Source: Camelus dromedarius | Lineage: Eukaryota | Direction: 5' to 3' | Assembly: GCF_036321535.1 (NCBI RefSeq) | Contig: NC_087437.1 | Location: forward strand, 14,634,001-14,698,000 | DNA: 64,000 nucleotides | Shown: positions 40,367 through 52,212 of the stretch, in pieces | Position numbering within the stretch: the first letter of the stretch is position 1 | How the letters are laid out: each line of letters starts with the position of its first letter | Made by a program: the position numbers and the translations under genes | The notes under the pieces: model-generated | What the model saw: the letters and a program-made list of their open reading frames with translations, nothing else | Told to the model about the DNA's origin: nothing | Database searches by the model: none

Positions 40367-40373
40367 CACACAC
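40322..40373. repeat. (TA)n/(CA)n microsatellite
   Basis: Directly visible. Confidence 0.9.
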
Positions 40374-42149
40374 GCATTTCCTAGCTCTAGTTAGTTAAAG
40401 ACCTAGAAACGACAGTCAGCCCAGTGGTACTGAGCATTTTTAGCCTGAGATTTTGCTCTAAGCACCATCTTTCACTACAAGAACAGAAACTCCATAAGGA
40501 AATAGCTGGATTTAGGTTTGGGGGCAGGAAATATATAAGAGGAGTCTGAGAAACCAAGAAAACTATAAAGAACTACTAGAGAAACATTTAAGGACTTAAG
40601 AGCCATTAGAACAAACTCACACTAGTTAAAGATGGCTAATAGTCAATAAGAATATTAACTACGATAGATTGAAACACATCAAATATGTTGAAATCTCTGA
40701 GTTCAGTATAACACCCCTCCCCCAAAATCTCACTAATTAGTTACCTTGGAGTCAGCTGGGAAACCATCTCATTTTTTATGAAAACTGGTAGATAATGAGG
40801 AAGAACCAGGCATTTTTCCTGTCTTTCCTATAAGACTTGTAATTACATCATGGTTAAAAAAATAAAACAGAGTGGAAAAAAGGAAATGTCTTTTTATAAA
40901 CTATTACAGCCAAAGAACAGGTAATAATGTAATTATGAGTTTTATTTACATTTATCATTAAAATGAATTCATAAAACAAGCTTTGAATATCACCATTTTG
41001 AAACCATAATAAAATACTAGATCTAGGCAATAGCAATCATCAAATGGATGCTAATATCACGAAAAGAGGGACCAGCAGACACACACCCTCTGGTGGAGCA
41101 CAAAACATCACCTATGAAGTAGTCATGCCAAGAGGAAAAAAAAGTAAAAAGTAAAAAGAAAAAAGAAAATTACAAGTGATTAAGCCTCAAGATAGAACTC
41201 CTAGTTTACAGGAAACACAGAGATCAGATGAATGCGTAAACTGGCAGCACAGAGATGCAATCAGCACATTCAGACTGTGGGAAACTACAGGACCAAACAT
41301 CCAATTTTTTCAACAAGCAAAAATCGCAAGAGGGAAAAAAGGGAGATGGGGAAATCTACAAGTTGAAAGAGATTAATTTGACATATCAACCCACTGAAAT
41401 GGGCTTTATTTGGACCACTATTCAAAGAAATTGTTAAAAAAAAATACATCAACTGAGGGAAGAGAAACTGGGTACCTGATGATACTGAGGAACTGCTGTT
41501 AACTTTAAGATGCAATATAACTTTTAGATTTGTAGAAGTTATATGGTTTTTTAAAAGAATTTTTATAATTTAGCAATTCATACTGAAATATCTGAAGAAG
41601 AAATAATATATCTAGGATTTGTTTAAAATAATCTGGGGCTGAATGGAAATGTGAGGGGATTTTGGTGAAACAAAACAGGCCATGTGTTTATAACCACTGA
41701 AACTGGCGATGGGTATACGAGGGTTCATTATACCATTCGCTCTCTTCATATATATTTGAACTTCTCATAATAAAAATCAAGAGAGAATATCTACCTCATA
41801 GGATTGGTCCATGGGTATTAAATGAAATAATGTATGTAAATTGCTGGGTGCATAATCAAAATCCAATTAAAGTCTGTGGAATTGAATAAATGAGAAGACG
41901 CAGACGTGAAGAGAATAGTAACACAAATGACTGTTTACCTATATGAATTCATGGGTGGCTCAACCCCCAGATGCTGCAGCAGTTTAGAGAAGGAGTGGGG
42001 TCCTGACCAGGTCTCAGTGAGGCTGCCTCAGAAAATGGAGATGGAATGTGAGACCCAAGGAATGTGCCAGAGGGTGGCCCTTCACCCCGGGGCCCAGCGG
42101 GGACCAAGTTGGGAGTCAGGACCAGGCATGACCGTCTGCAGGGCAATCT

Positions 42150-42800
42150 GCACGGGGTTGACTTCCCACTTGTTAAAATCAGCACGATGGGTTTTATTCA
42201 GACTACGGCAGTAGTGGGTAGGGACTTCAGAGGAGAACTGAGCTCACCTCTGCTGAAACAGAGGCTTTTGTTAGTGTCTGGCACGCTGGGGTGTGCTAAA
42301 GGAAAGCGCTGAAGGAGGGTAAGCTGGGTGGTCTGTGTGATCCAGCTGTTGGTGTTTGCTGATCGGCGCTTAACCAGAGGAGAAACACCCTTCTCCCATC
42401 TTTGTAACAGGAGCAAACTGGAACAAGGAGACCTCCGCCACTCCCTGCAAAGCATCGTACCCTCCCCCAGGAACCCGGAGATGGGGGCGCTATCTCCCCA
42501 GGTGTTTGCATTGCACAGAGATGGCTCCCAGGTCCTAGAGGATACATTCTGGGTTGTAGGAGATTTCTATCTCAAAGGGGTAGAGAAAAGGTTTACAATT
42601 CCAAGTTTGCCTAAGAAAATGTAGCTCAGGGGCCTCTTGTCAGGTTTTGGCCAGAACAGTAAATTCTTTTGGCAGCCTGAGCTTTCTTGGGCAGGCATTT
42701 TAAGGGAGCTGGGGTCATCCTAGGGACATGGTCTGGATGGACAGAAGCCAGCTAGAGTTCGGTCAGGTCCCCTAGCGCCGGGGCTGGGTGGTGTAGGCTT
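42150..42800. mobile_element. Old ERV LTR-like remnant
   Basis: gatggctcccaggtcctagaggatacattctgggttgtaggagatt..ctcaaagggg..gtttacaatt resemble MER-type LTRs (recall, family uncertain). Confidence 0.45.
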
Positions 42801-43376
42801 TTAGTTCTCAGCACAAGCACCAAGCTCTCCCTGGGCTCTGCCCCGCCTCCCTCACTCTCTCATCCGAGAGTCTGGTGCTGAGCTGAGTGTGCACAGCACA
42901 CAACAGGCAGCCAACAGCGGCTGCGCTGCGAGGGCTGAATACAGACGCGGACAGGCGCAAGGTTTCAAACCAGAACCCTGAAGTTAGGGGCAAAGAGGGT
43001 CCTTCAAACCCCACACCAGAAGTGAAATACTGGAAACAGCCTAAATGCCCACAAAGCTAATGACACAGCAGAATCCTCTACAGCCGGAAGACACAAGGAA
43101 GCTCATTATGTACTGATGGGGAAAGAGCACCCATATATATGTTTTCCAGTTAAAAAGCAGGCTGTAAAATCTATCTATGCTGTGCTGCTCTTTGAGGTTT
43201 GAAAGAAAGAAAGGAAAGATGGGAGGGCAGACTGTCTGAAAGCACACACAACATGGTCACAGGGGGTGATTGTGATGAGAGAGCTGGTGACTGGGGACAG
43301 GGATAGGTGCAAGCTCGCTTTGGCTGTATACTTTTTTGCACGGTTAGAATGTTTTACCTGAAAAGAAAATGAGATT

Positions 43377-43452
43377 ATTATGCTGTATACCAGAAACTGA
43401 CACATTGTAACTAACTATACTTCAAGGAAAGAAAGAAAAAGAAAGAAAGAAA

Positions 43453-43524
<72 letters not shown>

Positions 43525-43676
43525 GAAGGAAGGAAGGAAGGAAGAAAGGAAGGAAGAAAGGAAGGAAGAAAGGAAGGAAGAAAGAAAGAAATTAAAGGAA
43601 GAAAGAAATTAAAGGAAGGAAGGAAGGGAGGGAGGGAGGGAGGAAGGAAGGGAGAAAGGAAGGGAGAAAGGAAGGG
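43377..43676 (+). mobile_element. Very short L1 3' tail followed by a (GAAA)n/(GGAA)n/(GGGA)n purine tract
   Basis: tatgctgtataccagaaactgacacattgtaactaactatacttcaa matches the L1 terminus at 45690-45740 and 52165-52205. TSD agaaaatgagatt (43364-43376) / agaaaatgaaatt (43677-43689). Confidence 0.75.
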
Positions 43677-45194
43677 AGAAAATGAAATTGGAAATAAGGC
43701 TCCTGCCATGACTTGTGACTGAGGACCCCAGAGGGTGTGGAGGATGTTCCAGCAGGTCCAGGGCCGGCGAAGGTCACACAGCCTCACAGAAGCACCAAAC
43801 CTTTCTACTCCCCATGGAGGGGTTAGGGGGGAGACGGCTCTTCCCAAAACAAAAACCTGACAAAATTTAATCCCCCTGTACAAGAGCAACAGGAAAGAGC
43901 TCCTAATGACCTGCACTCTCCAGAAGAGCTAAATTAGCACTTAATCCAGGCAGGTGCCGAGGACAGATGCGGTGCCTCTTTCAGGGGAGTTCTCGAAAGA
44001 ACGGCTGAACCCAGCAGAACATAATCCAGGGGGCCCCGTGCGTCCCCCAGGGGATGGTTTATGCTGATCCACCAAAGTTGAGGACTCAATTTAGGAAAAT
44101 AAAACCTAGTTTATAGTCATCATCTGGCTGGGGAAAAGCGCATAGACTCATTTATCTGCCTGTAAATGCTGGTAGAGCTGACTGTCACAAATGCATTATT
44201 CAGCAGAAATGAGAAGTTATTTCAGCCGTTATCAGTAGGTAATGAAAAGCCAGGCACTGGGAGTGGGAACGCCATCACAAAACCGACCTGCTATTGGAAA
44301 ACAACGGGTAATTTTTATTTATTTATTTCCAGGACTAGTGAATAACCATCTAAGTAAGTCTTAGGGGAAACACTACAGCGTGGAGAGAGAAATGACATTA
44401 GAAAGGCCCCTCAACCCAGGAGACTTCGGGAAAAGTTCCACAGGAGGCAAAGTACCCACCTGCTGGGAGTTCTCACTGCCCACCTGCCCGCCTCCCGCCC
44501 TCAGCACCCAGCCCACCCTCACTCCCCATTCCCTGCTGCTCAGAGCGCATCCAGGGCTCACCCCCAGCCTCTAACGGTGCCTCTGCGTCAGCTCCCACCC
44601 CTCCAGGTAAGGGCCCACTCACTGTTCAGGCCCCGACTCAGAGGAAGGTTATCTGACAAATGAACTGATTGTTACCTGGGGCGGGCATGGTTCTTACCAG
44701 CACTGGTTTATAGACACAGTGAAGGTGAGCGTGGCTCTCCCCTGGGTGACTGTGAGGTGTGAAGTCCCTGTCCCTGCCCCTTAGGAGCTCTGTCTGCAGA
44801 CCGAATTGCTCCTGGTGGGAGGTGGGCTCCTGCAGGTACCTGGGAGCAGGCCTGTGGGCCCCCACCTGAGTCCACACCCCAGGGTAAGCCAGGCCCTGCA
44901 CTGAATGCCGTGGGCAGCCCCTAACCCCTGGGTGACTTGCCCAGCTCCCAGCCACCCCCTGGGGCAGGCACAGGCACTGTGGGGTTCTACACGTTCCCCT
45001 CCAGTGTCTCCTCACAGAATCCTGCCCTCTGCTAAGACTCATGGAGGTTAACGTGCACCTTTACTGTGAATAGGCCGCAGGTACAACCCTGGAGTCCATA
45101 TGACAGCTGCAAGTATTAACAAGAACTGTCACCCACCGTTTCATTGGATCCTCTCCACAATGTCTGTGTTCCCGGAAAGATGGGGGTGTGCCCA

Positions 45195-45555
45195 CTGTCC
45201 AGTCCACTAGGGCCACCATAACCAAGTACCACGGACTGGGGGCTTAAATAACAGGAACTTATTTTCTCAGCCCTGGAGGCTGGACGGCTGAGATCAAGGC
45301 GGCTGCAGGTTCCCTCTGTGGCCTCACTCCTTGCCTTAGAGATGGCTGTCTTCTCCCTGTATCTTCACATGGTCTTCTCTCTACATCTGTGTCCAAATTT
45401 CCTCTTCTTATAAGGACACCATTCATATCAGACTGGGGCCCACACTCATGGCCTCATTTTGACTTAATCTTCTCTTTAGAGGCCCTCTCTCCAAATGCAG
45501 TCACATTCTGAGGTACTCGGGGTTAGGATTTCAACATACAAATTGGGGTAGAGGA
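45195..45555 (-). mobile_element. MaLR LTR (MLT1A/B-like)
   Basis: ccataaccaagtaccacggactgggggcttaaataacaggaacttatt..tcttataaggacacc..cagtcacattctgaggtactcggggttaggatttcaacata. Confidence 0.85.
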
Positions 45556-45685
45556 TACCCATTTTATAGACAAAAAACCCTGAGGGCCACAGAAATTAAT
45601 TAATTTTGAGTTAATGTTTCAGCCAGACCAATTCAGAGTTGTATCTGCCCCCAAAACATTATTAGAAGCCTCCTGTTAAACTAAT

Positions 45686-47190
45686 TATTTTTAATTGAAA
45701 TATAGTCAGTTATAATGTGTCAATACCTGGTGTATAGTATAATGTTCCAGTCATACATATATATATGTATATATATACATATATTTGTTTTCATATTCTT
45801 TTTCATTATAGGTTATTACAAGATATTGAATATAGTTCCCTGTGCTATACAGAAGAAATCTGATTTTTATCTATTTTTATATATTGTGGTTAACATTTGC
45901 AAATCTCAAACTCTCAGATTTATCCCTTCCCACCCTGTTTCCCCCAGTAACCATAAGATTGTTTACTATGTCTGTGAGTCTGTTTCTGTTTTGTAGATGA
46001 GCTCATTAGTGTCCTCTTTTTTCTTTCTTTCTTTCTTTCTTTTTTAAGATCCCACATATAAGTGATACCATATAGCATTTTTCTTTCTCTATCTGGCTTA
46101 CTTCACTTAGAATAATAATCTCCAGGTCCATCCATGTTGCTGCAAATAGCATTACTTTATTCTTTTTTATGGCTGAGTAGTATTCCATTGTATAAATATA
46201 CCACAGCTTCTTTATCCAGTCATCCATTGATGAACATTTGGGTTGTTTCCATGTCTTGGCTATTGTATATGGTGCTGCTGTGAACATTGAGGTGCAGGTG
46301 TCTTTTTGGTTTGAGGCTATTTTTTTCATTTCATGTCTTTTTTTTTTTAAGATTCTACCTATAAGTGATATCATATGGCATTTTTCTTTCTCTTTCCAGC
46401 CCACTTTACTTAGAATGACGATTTTCAGGTCCATCCATGTTGCTGAAAATGGCATTATTTTATTTTTTTTTATGGCTGAGTAGTGTTGCATTGCATGTAT
46501 CTTCTTTATCCAGCCATCTGTTGATGGACATTTGGGTTGTTTCCATGTCTTGGCTCTTGTAAGCAATGCTGCTATAAGACATTGGGGTGCATGTGTCTTT
46601 TTGAATTTTATTATTCTCCAGGTATATGCCCAGGAATGGGATTGCTGGATCACATGGTAAGTCTATTTTCAGTTTTTTAAGGAGCCTCCATACTGTCCTC
46701 CATAGTGCCGTGTATGTATCTTTCTTTTTTAATTACAGTTCGACTGCATATACACATTATATATGTATCTTTTTGAATGTATGTTTTTGAATTAGGGTTC
46801 CCTCTGAATATATGCCCAGGAGTGGGATTGCCGGGTCATATAGTAACTCTGCTTTTAGTTTTCTGAGGAATCTCCATACTGTTTTCCATAATGGCTGCAC
46901 CAAACTACATTCCCACCAGCAGTGTAGGAGGGTTCCCTTTTCTCCACAGCCTCTCCAGCATTTATCGCTTGTGGACTTTTGAATGATGGCCATTCTGACT
47001 GGTGTGAGGTGATAACTCATTATAGTTTTGATCTGCATTTCTCTGACAATTAGCGATGCTGAGCATTTTTTCATGTGCCTATTGGCCATTTGTATGTCTT
47101 CACTGGAGAATCACTTGTTTAGATCTTCTGCCCATTTTTGGACTGGGTTGTTTTGTTTTGTTGCTATTTAATTGTATGAACTGTTTATAT
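45686..47190 (-). mobile_element. Lineage-specific L1 3' region with staggered repeated segments
   Basis: Minus-strand ORFs 46006-46653 (AKTWKQPKCPSTDGWIKK motif occurs twice) and 46757-47089 ([41 protein letters not shown]1 ORF2 Cys-rich region). T-rich tail at ~45686. Confidence 0.92.
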
Positions 47191-48824
47191 AAAAGACTGC
47201 AGACCCTAAAGAGTAAACAGGACCTGGGGATAACTTGAGTGCCGACTGTTCGATAAGAGAGTCATAATCAGCAAGGGCCGATCTCTGTGAGGAGTTTAAA
47301 CTCTGGGATGTGCCTTCTTTTTCTCTGCTTCTCTGCCTCTTTTAATTTGGGAGAAACTGCCAAAAAAAAAAAAAATGATTGATCGTCACCCGAGCTCGCT
47401 CTAACTGGAACTAACTGCCTTAGCGAGGACACGAGAGGTTGGGCGCCTTCCAGCTCATCAGACAGCTCAGCACTGCGACTTGAAAGTTTAATAGCCTGGC
47501 TGCCAGGAATGGTGCAGCCCCCCCCCAGGGGCTCCTATTTTTCTTTTTCAGTGACTTTTAATGCTCAGAAAAAATGTGCTGAGCAGTCAGCCCTGGAGGC
47601 AGAACCTCTATCTGAGCAGAGTTGAGGAGCTCCCCGCTGTGTTCCTCTGCATCACAGGGGGTGGGGGTCCTCCAGAAATGCACACCTTCGTCAGAGGTTC
47701 CTCTGGGCTGGGGTGCCGGTTCCCTGCAGAGGTGATCACCTCCCATCACTGCCTAGATCCACAGGCCCCTTGAAGAGCTGAGGGTTTATCCATAGGTGAG
47801 AGGCCACACCCAGTGGGAGGGGCCCCCAGTGCTGACCCCCAAGGGGTCACCTGTTACAGCCAGGCAGACCACTGGGAGACACTGGTAGGGAGACAAACTT
47901 TATTCACTTGCTGCAGCAAGAGAGAATCCCTCTGGGGGAACCTGGGACATGTCAGACAGAGGGATTGGAGGCGCTTGCTGTGAGGTTTGGGCTCGTGCTG
48001 GGAGATTCAGGGGAAGTTAAGAACAAGGACTGGTTCTGCATTTGATGCTGTCAGGAACTGGAGGCACGTTGACGACTGGGTATCACAGTTTCTACCCAGT
48101 GAACAGGAGGATGAAACAGGCCTAGAGCCGTCCTTGGTGAACAGTAGTCCCCCTCGCTGCCAGCTGGAAGGGGGTGTTGAGTGTGTTTGCAGAGCATCCT
48201 TGCCTCTGTTCAGATACGATCCCCAACTGGGCTTCCGTAGCCTCCTTGCCCTTGGCTGCAGGAGGGAGAGGGGGCTTGGAGACAGAGCTGCCGTGCCCGG
48301 GGTCCCACACGTGGCTCTGCAGGGCCCCTCCAGGCCAGGGCCAAGGCGCAGTTTCTTTTGGAGGCAGGGCCCACCCTGTCCTCAGAGATGCTGGGGCCCC
48401 ACACTCCTCCCTGTCTCACCTTCTCTCCCCGGGAAGCAGAAATGCACCTGCGCTGTAAATGAGATAGAACAGTGATGGAGAAGGACCAGGTGGTGGCCAC
48501 AGACCCAGCCCAGTCCAGGCCCTGCTTTGTCCTGACCAGACGTGAGGTCCTGGCCTGGCTGCTAACCCCCAAGTGTCAATTTCCTTATTTCCAGTTGAGG
48601 GGGGATGAGCCCGGTTTCACAGAACTGTTGTGAGGACCCTGGGGGCTAGTGCAAGGGAGTTAGAAAGTAAGCTTCAGGAAGGCAGGAACTTGACCGCTAC
48701 TCCCCGATCTTTCTCTGGTGCCCCGGACAGCGCCTGGCACAGAGGAGACACACAGTAAAAACTGATTAAATCCACAAACAGCCGTGCCCAGCAAGGTCAT
48801 TAGTTCATAAGAGGTAGCTTATAT

Positions 48825-49230
48825 GTGTGTGCTGGGCTTGCCATAGCAAAGTACCACCAATGGGGTGGCTTCAAACAACAGAAACTTACTCCCTCATGGT
48901 TCTGGAGGCTGGACGTTGGAAATCTAGGTGTCAGCAGAGTTGGATCCTTCTGCGGGCTTCTGGTGGCAGCCGGCCATCCTTGGCGTTTCTTGGCTTGTAG
49001 ATGTTATTACTTCAATCTCTGCCTTCCTTCACCCTGGTGTCTGGGTTTGAATATTCCTTTTATGCAAACACGGAGTCACACTGACCTAGGGCCCACCCTG
49101 ATGACCTCATCTTAACTTGACTACATCTGCAAAAAATCTTATTTCCAAATACGGTTGCCTATATGGGTATTCACTGGAGGTTAGGACTTCAACGTATTTT
49201 GGGGGCGGTACACAATTCAACCCACAACAG
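48825..49230 (-). mobile_element. MaLR LTR (MLT1B/C-like)
   Basis: gccatagcaaagtaccacc..aaacaacagaaactta..ttctggaggctgga..gacctcatcttaacttgactacatctgcaaa..acacaattcaacccacaaca. Confidence 0.85.
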
Positions 49231-50399
49231 CAGCTATTATTTTTATCACATTATAGTCATGATTTCCAACAGTTTATCCTACTTCCTCAAATGTCATTTT
49301 TAAAGGTTCCAGAAATGCCAAAATTTCTGCACTTTATCCACTTCACCCTCACTCCCTTTTTCACTTGATATCAGATCCCAGATCCTATGAAACCACACAG
49401 AGCTTGGGGTTCAGACAGAAACGCCTTGGTACAGAGACCAGAGAGAGTACTGTTCATATAGTGGAGACAGTATATGCCATTGTTGGACAGTAAATGTCAC
49501 TAAATGACTCCGTGATCTTAGACAAGTTACTCCACCTTTCTGAACCTCAGTTTCCCCGGCTGTTAAATGAAGAGATTGGGTCAAACTGGCATCTCCGTGC
49601 AGACACACAGGGAATCGTCCAGATTCCCTCTCATGACTCCAGAGAGCAGGGTGTTACTTTACCAGGCCCTCCGTGGACATGCAGAGGCCAGTACAGCTTG
49701 TTGCTAATTGGCTGTGTGCCCGGCAGCAAATCCCTTTTGCTCTGGGCTCCTCATCTATAAAATGAGAGGGTGGAACGCTCTGACCTCCCAAGCCTTGGGC
49801 TCTGGGTCTTTCTGTCACCGTTCCTCATCACCCCGACACAGCGGAGGGAACGAAGGAGCAGCCGTCCCTGGAGGCTGGTTCTCTAATCCTCCGTGGCTCT
49901 GCTGGTTGGCCCACTGCAACAGGAATGTTCAGCACACCACTGGCCGCCTCCCTCATTTCAGAAGGTCGGGCGGTGGCCTGTGCCCCAGCACTGATAAAGC
50001 AGTTTTATTGACACCGCCCCCCATATACCTGCCAGAATTTGCCCCAGGTCTTGCTAACTGGCAGTGAAGGGAGAAGCTGGCTAGACAGAGGGCCACTGAG
50101 AGAACTCAAAGCTCACACCTGATTCCAGATTTCAAAACCCAGATTAAATTAAACCAATGGACACCTGGAAGTTCCAACTTGAGCAGCCCCCAGCATCTTG
50201 CCTGACCTAAAGGTGGTGCCTGATCCAAGTAAACCCTCTTTCCATTTTCAGGCAGACCGCCATGGCAGCTCCCACCACCCGCGGTGCTCATTAATTCCCA
50301 GGAGCGGGATGTGGTCTGAAGGACCGGTTCTGAATCTAGTACCCGGCACAGTTCCAGACACATGGCAGGGAGGGAGAGAGGGAGGAAGACAGAGATAGT

Positions 50400-50640
50400 A
50401 CATCACAGTGATTAATGTAAAAGCTACAGAATCTGAAAGAACCAAATTCAAATTCTGACTTTGCCACTGACCAACTTTATAATGTAAAACAAATTTCTTA
50501 ACCTCTCTGAATTTCAACGTTCTCATCTGTAAAAGATGGATAATAATATTTACTCTACAAGATTGTCCTGGGAATTAAATAATTCACTTAGAGCACGTAG
50601 CATAGCGCCTGGCCACGGCAAGCATGAGATAAGCTGTGGG
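50400..50640 (+). mobile_element. MIR SINE
   Basis: tttcttaacctctctga..tctcatctgtaaaagatggataataat..gggaattaaat..gcgcctggc. Confidence 0.7.
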
Positions 50641-52029
50641 AGTAATTAAGGTCTTTGTTTGTAGTGGTTAAAATGGTAACAACTGCTTGGATTGCAAGGC
50701 CCTCCTGTTACCATCTGCCCAGCCAACTCTGCAGCACCTGGAGTGAAGGAATTAGCAGTTACACAGGGGCAATCAGAAATGGACCCTTGGTGTCTGGGCA
50801 GCATCCCACTTTGTGGCAGAAATCCAAGAGTGGTCTCCAGGCCAAATCAGAACGGCCCCGTGGAGGTGGGGGAGTCCCAGGTGCTGCCTCTGACTGGGTT
50901 CTCTTGGCAAGTGGCGCCACCTTCTGGCTGCTCCAGAAACTGTCTTGCATACCTGGTCACCCAGCTGCAAAACGCGATTTGTGCCAAGTTCTGGATGCGT
51001 ATAATTATCCCTTCACTGCCGAAGCCACCCTGATCCTGAGAGGCCAGCCACGCGCTGCATGCCGCCCCGCAGTCACTCCATTCATGTCAGAATTTCCACG
51101 GCAGCTCCCAATTTCCTAAGGATTATAAACCAACCATAAAATTTCAATTTGCCCTGAGACTGCATATATTCTCCAGCAAGTCTTATTCTCTCCTGCTTCC
51201 AGTTGTGATGGGAGAACCCACCCCCTCCTTTTCCCTCTCAGATGCATCTTCTATGGCTTCGGGTTTTAGGTGAGCACTTGAGTTTGGAGTCAGGGGTCCT
51301 GAGTCCCATCCAGTCTCACCAAATACTTTGCACGGGTCTCTAATCTCTCCCACCTTCAGCCTCCATATCTGCTAAGAAGCGGGAGATAATTACACCTGCC
51401 ATCATGGCTCTGACCCTTTTGAAATTTAAGGAGAATAACATGAGTGGGAAACGGCTTTGTCAGTGTAGGAGATTAGGCTGCAGCTCCTCAGCCTGTGGGT
51501 GTAATTAGTGTCACATGTAAGTACAGAATCTTAGTGATGCTGGCGTGTGCCGGCCCCGCCCCCTTCCTCACCAGCAGGCTCCACAGTGTAACCTTTGTCA
51601 TAGCAGCTGCCAGGGGGCTGGCCCAGAATTCAGTTTCATTCTGTTCATTCATCAGGCATTGAATGTGGGTCTACTCTGCACCAGGCACTATGGAATTCAG
51701 ATATTAAAGGGGTCAAGATTCTCGGCCTCCAGGACCTGGAGGTCCAAGAGGGATGAGGAGTAAATAAATAAATCCACACATTGTTGAGTGCCTGCTGTGT
51801 TCCAAGCACAGTGATGGGCGTGCGATGGATGTCAGCCGTGATGTGTTGAACAGGAGGGACCCACGAGGTATAGTTACAGAAGCAGCTTTGGTTTGGAAGG
51901 AACCTCTTCCAAAGTCCCTTTTAACATGTTCAGTGGGAGGTAAATACTGTTTCCTGCCCCTGGTTGAAAACATGGAATGGTCTCAGGATTTTTCTGACCA
52001 CTTGTAAGTAATTAAAAATCCCATGCTCG

Positions 52030-52212
52030 ATACTAACTACTATATATAAAATAGACAAACAATAAGTTTCTTCTGTAGAGCACAGGGAACTATATTCAAT
52101 ATCTCATAGTAACCTATAATGAAAAAGAATACAAAAACAAATAGATGTCTTATGTATTTAAACATTATACTGTACGCCAGGAATTGACACTGACTATACA
52201 TCAATTAAAAAA
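52030..52212 (+). mobile_element. 5'-truncated L1 3' tail with perfect 16-bp TSD
   Basis: aaaaatcccatgctcg at both 52014-52029 and 52213-52228, TT/AAAA target site, poly-A tail. Confidence 0.9.

Larger units (their letters stand above)
37660..41790 (+). mobile_element. Old, fragmented L1 (L1M-type) ORF2 plus 3'UTR
   Basis: AT/A-rich 4 kb block. aaggatgcctactctctc (RQGCPLS remnant), gcaattagacaagagaaa (AIRQEK), aaagactcaatagcataaagatgtcagttct, aaagactggaaacaccccaaatacctatcaatag, and an L1M-type terminus at ~41700-41780. Confidence 0.8.

Noticed and set aside
37438..43916. ORFs with FLSF/LPSF repeats
   Set aside because: Translations of (GAAA)n/(GGAA)n microsatellites.
46006..47089. 215-aa and 110-aa minus-strand ORFs
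   Set aside because: Broken L1 ORF2 C-terminal remnants with no endonuclease or RT domain; not an active element or host gene.
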